This document shows positions 1 to 8,402 of a stretch of 64,000 bases of DNA, piece by piece (position 1 is the stretch's first letter; every line of letters begins with the position of its first letter). The stretch lies in the NCBI GenBank assembly GCA_002778465.1, contig PFBV01000003.1:303766-367765 (forward strand), in the 5' to 3' direction. The DNA comes from Candidatus Magasanikbacteria bacterium CG10_big_fil_rev_8_21_14_0_10_36_32 (lineage in GTDB: Bacteria > Patescibacteriota > Patescibacteriia > Magasanikbacterales > GWA2-37-8). A program made the position numbers and the translations under genes. The notes under the pieces are model-generated. The model did no database searches. It saw only the letters and a list, made by a program, of their open reading frames with translations, and was not told the DNA's origin.

Positions 1-416
1 GCCAAAGGCAGCAGTTCTTCAATTTTTGCGATAACAACCTTACCTTTTTTTGTGTCGGACATGATTATTTCGATATTTTGATTGGAAATTTGTGCCGCTT
101 CAAAAATCATTTGTCGGCAGGCGCCGCAAGGGCCGGTTATTTTTTCCGCCGTTTGTCCGACAATGGCGATTTTTTTAATTAGTCTAATTCCTTCAGCGTT
201 AGCTCTAACCAAAGCGGAACGTTCGGCGCAAATAGTTAAACCGTAAGAAGCGTTTTCCACATTAGAGCCGGTGATGATTTTATTGTTGCTAGACAAAAGC
301 GCTGCCCCAACAGCAAAATGGGAATAAGGATTGTAAGCGGTTGGCAACATTTTTATGGCACTGCACACTAGTTTTTTTTGAATTTGATTTAATTTTTTAT
401 AAACAGTTTTTTTCAT
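1..416 (-). CDS. cdd: Cytidine deaminase (3' end runs off the window)
   Basis: Manual translation from ATG at 416 gives AYNPYSHFAVGAAL, NVENASYGLTICAERSA and PCGACRQ zinc motifs. Confidence 0.93.
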   Translation of the reverse strand, partial: MKKTVYKKLNQIQKKLVCSAIKMLPTAYNPYSHFAVGAALLSSNNKIITGSNVENASYGLTICAERSALVRANAEGIRLIKKIAIVGQTAEKITGPCGACRQMIFEAAQISNQNIEIIMSDTKKGKVVIAKIEELLPL

Positions 417-425
417 AAGATTTAT

Positions 426-1502
426 TTATTCTTCTAAATTTGGTCCATCAATCAGCATTGGTTCTATTTTTTTATCACCATCGGTAATCCTAACCACATC
501 TTTATCAATTTTGTTTAATTCTTTATAAGCGACATTGTAGGATTTTGCGGTTGTTTCAATATTCTTTCCCAGTTTTTTAAAGTACTCATCATAAGCGGAA
601 ATGTGTTTACCAAGCTCCTCTACTCTTTGGCGGATTTCTTTAGCTGACTCCTCTATTTTTAAAGCTCTCAAACCCTGCATAACTGTTTGTAAATAAGCCA
701 AAAATGAGGTTGGTGACACAATAATCACGTGTTTTTGTTTAAAGGCATATTCAATTAAATCATGAGTATTGGTTTTTATTGCTCCAACCTTATTAATTAA
801 TAGATCGTAATAAATTCCTTCAGCCGGAAGAAACATAAACGCAAAATCCATCGTACCTTCCTTCGGCTTTATGTATTTACTGGTTTCATCAATTCGTTTT
901 TTCAGGTCGCTTTTAAAAGCTGCTTCTAATTCTTCTTTTCGTGTTTGATCCTTCTCTTGTATTAGTCGGTTATAATTTTCCAAACTGAATTTGGAGTCAA
1001 TTGGTATGATTTTATCTTTGACTTTTACTACCGCATCAACAATGTCGCCATCGGAAAATTTATATTGCATTTCATAACTGCCCGGCGGCAGAACGTTTTT
1101 TAAAACAGTTTCCAAATAATATTCACCGAGGATGCCACGGTGTTTAGGGTTTTGCAAAGTTTCTTGTAGAATTTGCAGTTGGTTGGTAAAACCCATCACC
1201 TGTTTATTAGTTTCATCCAGTTTGGTTAGTTTTTCCGTTACGTCGGTAATAATTTTTATGCTTTGTCCGAACTGTCCTTGAATAGTTTTATTAATATTGT
1301 CCTGATTATCACTCATTAGTTTGTGTGTGTCGCTCATTTTTTGATCCATTGACTTGTTCAGTTCATTGATTTGATTTTGCAACATCAAGAAAAGGTTTTG
1401 TTCACCATCTTTTGGTTTAGTTTGAATTTTTTTAATCATTATAACCAGTAAAATTATAATGGCAGCCAGACCGGCAATGATGATATAATAAATTGGATTC
1501 AT
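426..1502 (-). CDS. rmuC: DNA recombination protein RmuC
   Basis: N-terminal TM plus coiled coil, then RGILGEYYLE, IDSKF and FAFMFLPAEG motifs. Confidence 0.93.
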   Translation of the reverse strand: MNPIYYIIIAGLAAIIILLVIMIKKIQTKPKDGEQNLFLMLQNQINELNKSMDQKMSDTHKLMSDNQDNINKTIQGQFGQSIKIITDVTEKLTKLDETNKQVMGFTNQLQILQETLQNPKHRGILGEYYLETVLKNVLPPGSYEMQYKFSDGDIVDAVVKVKDKIIPIDSKFSLENYNRLIQEKDQTRKEELEAAFKSDLKKRIDETSKYIKPKEGTMDFAFMFLPAEGIYYDLLINKVGAIKTNTHDLIEYAFKQKHVIIVSPTSFLAYLQTVMQGLRALKIEESAKEIRQRVEELGKHISAYDEYFKKLGKNIETTAKSYNVAYKELNKIDKDVVRITDGDKKIEPMLIDGPNLEE

Positions 1503-1684
1503 AAAAAAATTTCAATTGTAATGACGGTATTATATCATTGAAAATCTGAAAGTCAAAGAATAATGAAATTAAAATATAAAAAGTTTTGCTCTTGCCAAAA
1601 GTAAAAAATTAGTATATTGTGTGTGCGGTGGTTAAATGTTTTTAAATAGCGTGCCACGCATGGCTGACACAAGGATATTTGTAT

Positions 1685-1756
1685 GCCCCTGTAGTTCAAT
1701 GGATAGAACAAGACACTCCTAACGTCTAGATCCATGTTCGACTCATGGTGGGGGCA
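1685..1756 (+). tRNA. tRNA-Arg(CCT)
   Basis: Cloverleaf GCCCCTG/TGGGGGC, anticodon loop CTCCTAA, GTTCGAC T-loop. Confidence 0.88.
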
Positions 1757-1829
1757 CAGACGATTAACTGATAAACAGATAAGATATCAATCTAAAAAGT
1801 TTTTGGAGTAATTAGACCGCAAAGATAAT

Positions 1830-1959
1830 TGTTTCACGTGAAACAATTATATGAGAAACAAGGTTTCATGTGAAACAATGTTAGAATAGCGTAATTTATT
1901 AGAGTTATTTACTAAAGAAATAAATTAGGATTAAAAAAGACAAGGTTTCATGTGAAACA
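1830..1959. promoter_or_regulatory. parS: Three parS sites (ParB binding)
   Basis: Perfect TGTTTCACGTGAAACA at 1830-1845 and GGTTTCATGTGAAACA at 1862-1877 and 1944-1959; matches the established parS palindrome. Confidence 0.88.
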
Positions 1960-1967
1960 ATTCAAAT

Positions 1968-2040
1968 GGGCCTGTAGCTCATCTGGTAGAGCGCAGCATT
2001 CGCATTGCTGAGGTAAGGGGTTCGAGTCCCCTCAGGTCCA
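1968..2040 (+). tRNA. tRNA-Ala(CGC)
   Basis: G3:U70 acceptor pair, anticodon arm CAGCA-TTCGCAT-TGCTG. Confidence 0.92.
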
Positions 2041-2248
2041 CTATTTTTTCTTGTTATTGATAGGAAATTTATAAGGCAGGACAATATAAAATTTCGGCGA
2101 AAGTTTATATTTTTAGTTAATATTTCAGATTTGGTTGTAGTTATATTTTTTTAAAAAATATTTTGTCTAATTTTGTTAAAATATTGTCAAAACTCCTTTA
2201 AATAAGGAGTTTTTTATTGTTTTGAGTAGTTTTTAATAAATGGTGAGG

Positions 2249-2441
2249 TGTGGATGAATCTGTGCATAACTTGGGCTAAAGGGGGATAGATGTATAGAGC
2301 AGTGTATACAAATCTCACAATTCACATGGTGTTATTAACGGTGTTTTTAGTTTAGTAAAAGTGTTTTTTGTTGTTTTTTATTAAGAAAGTGGTAGAAATA
2401 AACATTGATTCTTATATTTGCGGGGGGGGTAGTGTGGAAAA
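2249..2441. promoter_or_regulatory. Cluster of DnaA-box-like 9-mers
   Basis: TGTGGATGA 2249, TGTGCATAA 2261 and TGTGGAAAA 2433, each one mismatch from TGTGGATAA, in a long AT-rich intergenic region. Confidence 0.45.
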
Positions 2442-2592
2442 TCAAAGTGGATCAAAATCAGGATGTTTTGAAGGGTTGACAAAATTTCAAAAATATATTA
2501 TACATAATTTATACAATTTAAAATCCTGTTCAGTTTGAACAGGTCTCTGGCCCGGAGTTAGGGCAAAAGGAGCGGGTGATAACAAGCCCGAA

Positions 2593-3324
2593 GTGAATAT
2601 GATGGCGAATCCGTTGGAAGAGTTTAAAGATGTGCCATACGGCCGATGGGCCGCATTGGGACATAAACTTGGAGGTTTGAAGGCAATTGAGGTTATACTC
2701 AAAGACGATGAATTGGCGCGACGAATCAGAAAGCAGATTGCTGATGTTAATGTTACCACTATTATTCTGTCCGACGAGCGGACCCGCTTCTACAAGGAAG
2801 TCTTCGGTCTGACCGTGGATCTCTCCAAGGTGAGGCTCCCGCCCGAAACCGAAGGTTTCGGCTGGACGCTGACCATCGCCAAGGAGCTCGGTGACAAGCC
2901 ACTCGCCACAGTCATGGCCGCCTGTCGGAAGCTGTTCAAGGGCAATGTCTGGCAGTACGCCGACGACCTGGACAATTCCGTCCCGACCAACGACCGCGAC
3001 CCCCGACGCGACGGTTCCTACATCATCCGCGTCAGAGACAGAGTGGAAGCCGACGAGGAGAACAAGAATCTCTCGGCCGACACAGTCAAGTCGCGCAACA
3101 TGGTCACCCTGACACTGTTGGAGCGCATCGTCCTGGAGCTATTCTGCTTCTGGAAGACCGGCAAGCACCTGGACATCCAGAACACCACCCTTTGCTCCGG
3201 TTCGCGCAACTTCGATGGCGGTGTTCCGGGTTGTTGCTTGCGCGGCGGCGAGTTCGAGGTTTGCTGGCGCGGCTCGTCCAGTTGCCGCGGCGCTCTCCGC
3301 GCTCGCGAAGCAGTTTTGACCTAA
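2593..3324 (+). CDS. DGR target-like (putative C-type-lectin-fold variable) protein, family A, GC-rich copy
   Basis: Paralog of 14464 and 38361; C-terminus TLCSGSRNFDGGVPGC...WRG....RGALRAREAV; only 4 A in nt 3211-3300; hairpin after the stop. Confidence 0.7.
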   Translation: MNMMANPLEEFKDVPYGRWAALGHKLGGLKAIEVILKDDELARRIRKQIADVNVTTIILSDERTRFYKEVFGLTVDLSKVRLPPETEGFGWTLTIAKELGDKPLATVMAACRKLFKGNVWQYADDLDNSVPTNDRDPRRDGSYIIRVRDRVEADEENKNLSADTVKSRNMVTLTLLERIVLELFCFWKTGKHLDIQNTTLCSGSRNFDGGVPGCCLRGGEFEVCWRGSSSCRGALRAREAVLT

Positions 3325-3352
3325 CCCTTTTTCCTTCGTTCTTTAATTCTTC

Positions 3353-3384
3353 GCCCCCTTGCGTCTTGCACAAGGGGGTTTTTT
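3353..3384 (+). terminator. GC-rich hairpin with U-tract
   Basis: CCCCCTTG...CAAGGGGG followed by TTTTTT. Confidence 0.75.
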
Positions 3385-3556
3385 GTTGGCTAATTTTAGC
3401 CATCAAAATCATTTATTTTTTGAGGTTTTTAAAAGAGATGAGTTATCCCGAAGTTATACACAGTCTATTGTTCAGAGCATATCAAATTTATGCTATAATA
3501 TAGTATAGTAATTTTTAAAATAAAAATTTATTTAATTTTAATTTAATTTATTCTTT

Positions 3557-5863
3557 ATGTTCAGCAATATCATGGCGAATGTAAACAACCAAAAAATATT
3601 TAAGTTTTTGGATGTTTTTTCTTATGTCATCCTTTTGGTTAATGTGGTGGCAATTCCTCTATTCGTTGATAAAAATTTAATTAATTTTTATATCATACCA
3701 AAGCAGTATGTATTTATTGGTTTGGTTTTGATTAATGTGGTTTTGTTTGCGGTAAAAATTGTTTTATCAAAAAAGTTGACATATCGCCGTTCAGTAATGG
3801 ACTTGCCTATTTTAGGTCTTCTGCTAATTAGTTTGGCGGTTTCTATTTTTTCCGTTAATACTTTTGATTCATTTTTAGGACGAGGAGAATATTTTGTTTT
3901 AAATTTCTTCCTCCTTATATTCTTAGCCACTTTTTATTTTCTGTTGGTTAATATTCTAACAACTCAATCGCGCTGGCTTGGAATGGTTGATGCGTTATTG
4001 TATACCGGTGGAGCGACAGCACTTTTATTTTTGTTAAAAGCGATTTTTAAATTGGATATTATTTCTTATATTGCACCTTCAGCCATGAATACGATTGATA
4101 AGGTAAATATGGGCTTTGGTATTTGGTTAATAATGATTTTCTTGTTAGCTGCCGGAAAATTGATTAAGAAAAATATTACTGTTGGCAAGTCATTATCATA
4201 TTTCTTTGTCGCCTTATTAGCTTTTGTATCATTGGTAATGTTGAGCTTTAATATTTTCTGGTGGATTATATTGGCCGGTTTAGTATTGTTGTTGATGATT
4301 GGCATTAGTTTTGTTAAAGATTCAAGATTGGGTTGGGTTTCCGCTTTGTTTGCCATGACTATTTTAGTAGTGGTATTTATTGCTTTTGGAACACCGCGTT
4401 ATTTGCAGGCGGTGGTACCGGCGGAAGTTTCGTTAGGCTTTAAACCGTCTTGGTCAATTTCTGCGGACACGTTGTTTTCTGGGGCTAAGAATTTTATTTT
4501 AGGCAGTGGTTTAGGCACCTTTAATGTTGATTATTCTAAATTCAGATCAGTTGATTTCAACACAGATTCCATGGCTTGGTCATTAAGATTCAGTCAGCCG
4601 GCCAGTTCATTCTTTTCTTTGTTGGCTGAGGGTGGTATTGTCTTTACTTTGGCTTTGATATTTTTGATTATCTACAGTTTGGGACACGTTTTTAATATCT
4701 GGGTTAAAAAAGGCGCGCCGACTTTGGCACAAAAAGTTGTTGACGGTTTGGGTGATAGTGGAGATTTTAAAATTGATGTTTTCTTGATAACAGTTGCTTG
4801 GTTGGTTTTGAGCGGTGTTATGTGTGTGGTTTATTACGGTTTAGTGTTGTGGTGGTTGTGGTGGCTGTTGCTCGGTTTGATTATTACAGCCGTATCATTT
4901 ATTAATGCTGATGTAATTAAAACTAAAGTTTGGGAAGTTGATGATACCCCGCAGTATAGTTTAACTTTTTCGTTTGTTATGATTGTTGTGACAGCCGGTT
5001 TAGTAATGATTGGTGTTTGGGGAGGACGATTATATATGGCTGAGCGTGCTTACGCCAGCGCTTTAAAAAGTTCTGACTACGAAACAGTTGAAAGTAATTT
5101 AAAAACAGCTCTGTTTCATCGGCAAAATACCGATGTTTATCATGTTGCTTTGGCTCAAGTTTATTTGTTAAGAGCATCTGAAATGGTGCAAGGTGGTTCG
5201 CAAGATGTTCAAACAATTAGTAATTATTTGGCGCAAGCTGTGAATGAGGCTAGAACCGCCACTGATATTTCTCCAAGATCAGTAGCTATTTGGGAAAATT
5301 TAGCTGTGATGTATGAAAATGCCGCGGTCTTAGTTCCTGAGGCCGGAGAGTGGGCAATAAAAACATGGCAAAAAGCTAAAGAGTTGGAACCGACTAATCC
5401 GATATTGTCTTGGCGGTTAGGCAATAACTATGCTGTCGCCGGAAACTGGGAAGAGTCAGTAAAAAATTATCAAGAGGCTATTACATTAAAAAAAGATTAT
5501 CTTGATAGTTATATTAGTTTAGGTCGCGCCTTTGAACAACAAAATAAAGTTGAAGATGCGGTAAATATTTTTAAAGAAGGACTGTCTTACGGTGGAAATA
5601 GTAATTCCGCATTTCTCTTTGATTTTGGACGGTTGTTATACAACAGAAATAAAGGTTCAGATCGCTCTGATGCGGAACAGTTATGGTTGGCAGCTGTTAA
5701 ATTACAACCAAATTATTCCAACGCCCTATATAGTTTAGGTTTGTTGTATGAGAATAAAGACGATAAAGCCGCCGCTTTGCAATATTATTATAAAGTCAAG
5801 GATTTAAATCCGGACAATAAAGACATAACAACAAAAATTAAATCCTTGGTTGGTGGTGAATAA
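3557..5863 (+). CDS. Polytopic membrane protein, O-antigen ligase/O-oligosaccharyltransferase-like, with C-terminal TPR repeats
   Basis: Many TM helices, GSGLGTF...LLAEGG loop motif, TPR-like repeats (ALYSLGLLY...ALQYYYK). Confidence 0.65.
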   Translation: MFSNIMANVNNQKIFKFLDVFSYVILLVNVVAIPLFVDKNLINFYIIPKQYVFIGLVLINVVLFAVKIVLSKKLTYRRSVMDLPILGLLLISLAVSIFSVNTFDSFLGRGEYFVLNFFLLIFLATFYFLLVNILTTQSRWLGMVDALLYTGGATALLFLLKAIFKLDIISYIAPSAMNTIDKVNMGFGIWLIMIFLLAAGKLIKKNITVGKSLSYFFVALLAFVSLVMLSFNIFWWIILAGLVLLLMIGISFVKDSRLGWVSALFAMTILVVVFIAFGTPRYLQAVVPAEVSLGFKPSWSISADTLFSGAKNFILGSGLGTFNVDYSKFRSVDFNTDSMAWSLRFSQPASSFFSLLAEGGIVFTLALIFLIIYSLGHVFNIWVKKGAPTLAQKVVDGLGDSGDFKIDVFLITVAWLVLSGVMCVVYYGLVLWWLWWLLLGLIITAVSFINADVIKTKVWEVDDTPQYSLTFSFVMIVVTAGLVMIGVWGGRLYMAERAYASALKSSDYETVESNLKTALFHRQNTDVYHVALAQVYLLRASEMVQGGSQDVQTISNYLAQAVNEARTATDISPRSVAIWENLAVMYENAAVLVPEAGEWAIKTWQKAKELEPTNPILSWRLGNNYAVAGNWEESVKNYQEAITLKKDYLDSYISLGRAFEQQNKVEDAVNIFKEGLSYGGNSNSAFLFDFGRLLYNRNKGSDRSDAEQLWLAAVKLQPNYSNALYSLGLLYENKDDKAAALQYYYKVKDLNPDNKDITTKIKSLVGGE

Positions 5864-5936
5864 GGAGTAATAAATTTTTGAATAGCCACGGATATCCACT
5901 CTTTAAAAGCGGGCGGTCGTCAGATAAAAAGTTACT

Positions 5937-6563
5937 ATGAAAAAAACCGCCATTGCAGTCATACTTGTTATAAATTTATTTTTTCCTCTAAATTCTTTTG
6001 GGGCGATGTCTTCAACTAATTATTCAATTTACGCCGATGCTATAGATTCGGGCGGTAATTTAAGTACGGGAGGAATTTACAGTTTGGAAGATACGATTGG
6101 AGAATCGCCGGTTGGTTTTACTACTAGTACATGGTATGAAATTCGTGCCGGCTATCAAGCTATGGAGCGAGGTTATATTACTATGACTATTGATAATTCA
6201 ACTTTGAATTTGGGCAGTTTGAGTCAAATTGCTGTTAATTCAGCTTCTGCCAATGTGACAGTCAGCACAGATTCGGCTTCTGGTTATATTCTTTCTATTC
6301 AAAGCGTGAGTGGCACAGGATTGACCGCAGTAAGTGATGGTGAGGTGACGGTCGGGAGCGAAGAGTATGGTGTTTCTACTTCCGGCAGTGAAAGTGTGGT
6401 TAGTGGTGATGTGGGAGTGGAGGGCGGAACTTTTTTGGCAGAATCCATTTCAGCTATTGATAACAGCGTGACACAACTTACTTTTAAAGCTTCAATAAAT
6501 GCCGCTTCAGTTGTTGGAAGTTATAATCAAACAGTTACATTATCTGCTTCGGCAAATTGGTAA
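5937..6563 (+). CDS. Secreted Ser/Thr-rich beta-sandwich surface protein
   Basis: Signal peptide; ends GSYNQTVTLSASANW, reminiscent of WxL-type termini. Confidence 0.55.
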   Translation: MKKTAIAVILVINLFFPLNSFGAMSSTNYSIYADAIDSGGNLSTGGIYSLEDTIGESPVGFTTSTWYEIRAGYQAMERGYITMTIDNSTLNLGSLSQIAVNSASANVTVSTDSASGYILSIQSVSGTGLTAVSDGEVTVGSEEYGVSTSGSESVVSGDVGVEGGTFLAESISAIDNSVTQLTFKASINAASVVGSYNQTVTLSASANW

Positions 6564-6568
6564 ATTTT

Positions 6569-7459
6569 ATGTTTAAAAAATTTTTATTTGTTTTGTTAAT
6601 TTGTTTTTTATGGGTTGGAAAAGCGGAAGCTTTTTCGATTAGTCCTTTAAAATATGTGGTTACCGTATCTCCGCGATCAAGCGAAGAGGTAGAAATAAAA
6701 ATTAAAAACGACCAATTAGTTAGCCAGAGATATGTTTTAAAGGTATTAGGAACGAAACAGAACAATCAAGGAGAATTAATTTTTTCAGAAGGTGTCAATC
6801 AAGCTGAAAATTGGGTTAAGCCAGAGAAAAATGTTGTACAAATTGATCCTGGCGAAGAAGTCACGGTTAATTTTTTTATAAAAACTGATTCTTTGGCTGA
6901 GTCTGGCTCATATTTTTTAGGTTTAGCAGCGGAGAATGTTGATTTAGGAGAACGGGAGGTTGGATTATCCGGAGAGTTAGTTTGTTTATTGTTATTACAA
7001 GTGTCTGGTCAGGTGCAGGAAAATTTATCGGTAACAAATTGGCAAACGGAAAATATAACTATAAATAAAATTTGGAACTTTGATCTATCAATTAAAAATA
7101 CATCTGCAGTTGAATTGCCAATTCAGTCAGAATTAATTATAAGAAATTGGCGTAATAAAATTATTTATAGAGAGTTGAATGATTTGGGATTATTGTTGCC
7201 ACAGGCAGACAGAATTTTTCAACAAAAAATTGACATGGTCGGACAAACATTTTTTTCAGGAAGTTATTCCGCGACCTTAAATATAATTTATGGACGAACC
7301 AATCAAATAAAAACTTTGGTTAAAAATTTTTGGAGAATATCTCCTGTTTGGATAATAATTTTAAGTGTAGTTGCAGTTGGAATAATAACTTTATTATATA
7401 GAATAAAAAAGAGAATGGTTGTTAAATTAAAAAAATATATTGAAAATTTTCAAGCATAA
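6569..7459 (+). CDS. DUF916-like (WxL-interacting-like) exported protein with C-terminal membrane anchor
   Basis: Signal peptide, ISPLKY...Ig-like strands, C-terminal TM plus basic tail. Confidence 0.55.
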   Translation: MFKKFLFVLLICFLWVGKAEAFSISPLKYVVTVSPRSSEEVEIKIKNDQLVSQRYVLKVLGTKQNNQGELIFSEGVNQAENWVKPEKNVVQIDPGEEVTVNFFIKTDSLAESGSYFLGLAAENVDLGEREVGLSGELVCLLLLQVSGQVQENLSVTNWQTENITINKIWNFDLSIKNTSAVELPIQSELIIRNWRNKIIYRELNDLGLLLPQADRIFQQKIDMVGQTFFSGSYSATLNIIYGRTNQIKTLVKNFWRISPVWIIILSVVAVGIITLLYRIKKRMVVKLKKYIENFQA

Positions 7460-7462
7460 AGT

Positions 7463-8398
7463 ATGAGAATAGGATTTAAAAAATTAATAATGGTTGTTTT
7501 GTTGATGTTGGGCTTGTTTAGTTTTTCAAATTTTGTTTATGGCAGTAGTGAAAGTAGTAATATAAATATACAAATGACCGTGCCAACGCCAGTGGTGGAA
7601 CCTGGCGATCCTGGCCCCGGAGGCAGTGATTCGGCACCGGTAATTTCAAATGTTGTAACAAGCACTTCGGCCAACAGCGCTGTTATTACTTGGATAGTAA
7701 CCGACGACAAAGGTTTAAGTAGTGTAAATTTTTATTATAGCGCGGACATGTCTTATGGTTTAACAACCACTACTATTGGAGCCTACCAAGTTAATTTAAG
7801 TAATTTGACGGAAGATACAATTTATTATTTTAAAATAGTCGCCACAGATATTGCCTCTAATGTAACTGAATACGCCGGGACACTTAAAACTTCCCTTGAT
7901 TCCGTTAAAAGTTTGAAAATATATGCGAAAGCAGAAAAACGAGTTCCCAAGATCGGAGGAAATCTGGCTTTGTTTACGACGGTCATTTTGTATGATCCAT
8001 CAGGTTTTTATTTGCCTTACAGTTTAAATGTTTCTTTGGATAAAACCGGTTCGTCTACTTTGTATAATGTCATAGTCCCAAACGGAACTAATTTAGAGGC
8101 AGTAATAAAAGGCCAGTCTCATTTAGCCAGGAAAATTATTGGCGTAAATATTCAAAATGGACAAGATATTTTTTTGGATTTTAGTGAAGCTGATTCGGTG
8201 GAATTATTGGCTGGAGATGTGCAAGGAACTGGATTAAAAGATAATTTTGTAGACATTCTCGATGTTTCAGCCGAGAATGTTAATTATAATAATATAGGAT
8301 TGAATGAAGATTTAAATCGTGATGGCGTAGTGGATATTTTGGATATGAGTATTGTATTAACCAATTTTAATTTAGCCGGTGTTCTGATTCCTTCATAA
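7463..8398 (+). CDS. Secreted FN3-domain protein with C-terminal dockerin-like domain
   Basis: SAVITW...LSNLTEDTIYYFKIVATD (FN3); duplicated GDV..DNFVDILDVS / EDLNRDGVVDILDMS calcium-binding repeats. Confidence 0.7.
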   Translation: MRIGFKKLIMVVLLMLGLFSFSNFVYGSSESSNINIQMTVPTPVVEPGDPGPGGSDSAPVISNVVTSTSANSAVITWIVTDDKGLSSVNFYYSADMSYGLTTTTIGAYQVNLSNLTEDTIYYFKIVATDIASNVTEYAGTLKTSLDSVKSLKIYAKAEKRVPKIGGNLALFTTVILYDPSGFYLPYSLNVSLDKTGSSTLYNVIVPNGTNLEAVIKGQSHLARKIIGVNIQNGQDIFLDFSEADSVELLAGDVQGTGLKDNFVDILDVSAENVNYNNIGLNEDLNRDGVVDILDMSIVLTNFNLAGVLIPS

Positions 8399-8402
8399 AA
8401 TT

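Noticed and set aside
2487-3503. Overlapping alternative-frame and antisense ORFs here and at 24345-25129
   Set aside because: They are expected by-products of GC-rich, stop-poor DNA. Only the + frames 2593 and 24463 have promoter/terminator context, and 2593 also has paralog support.
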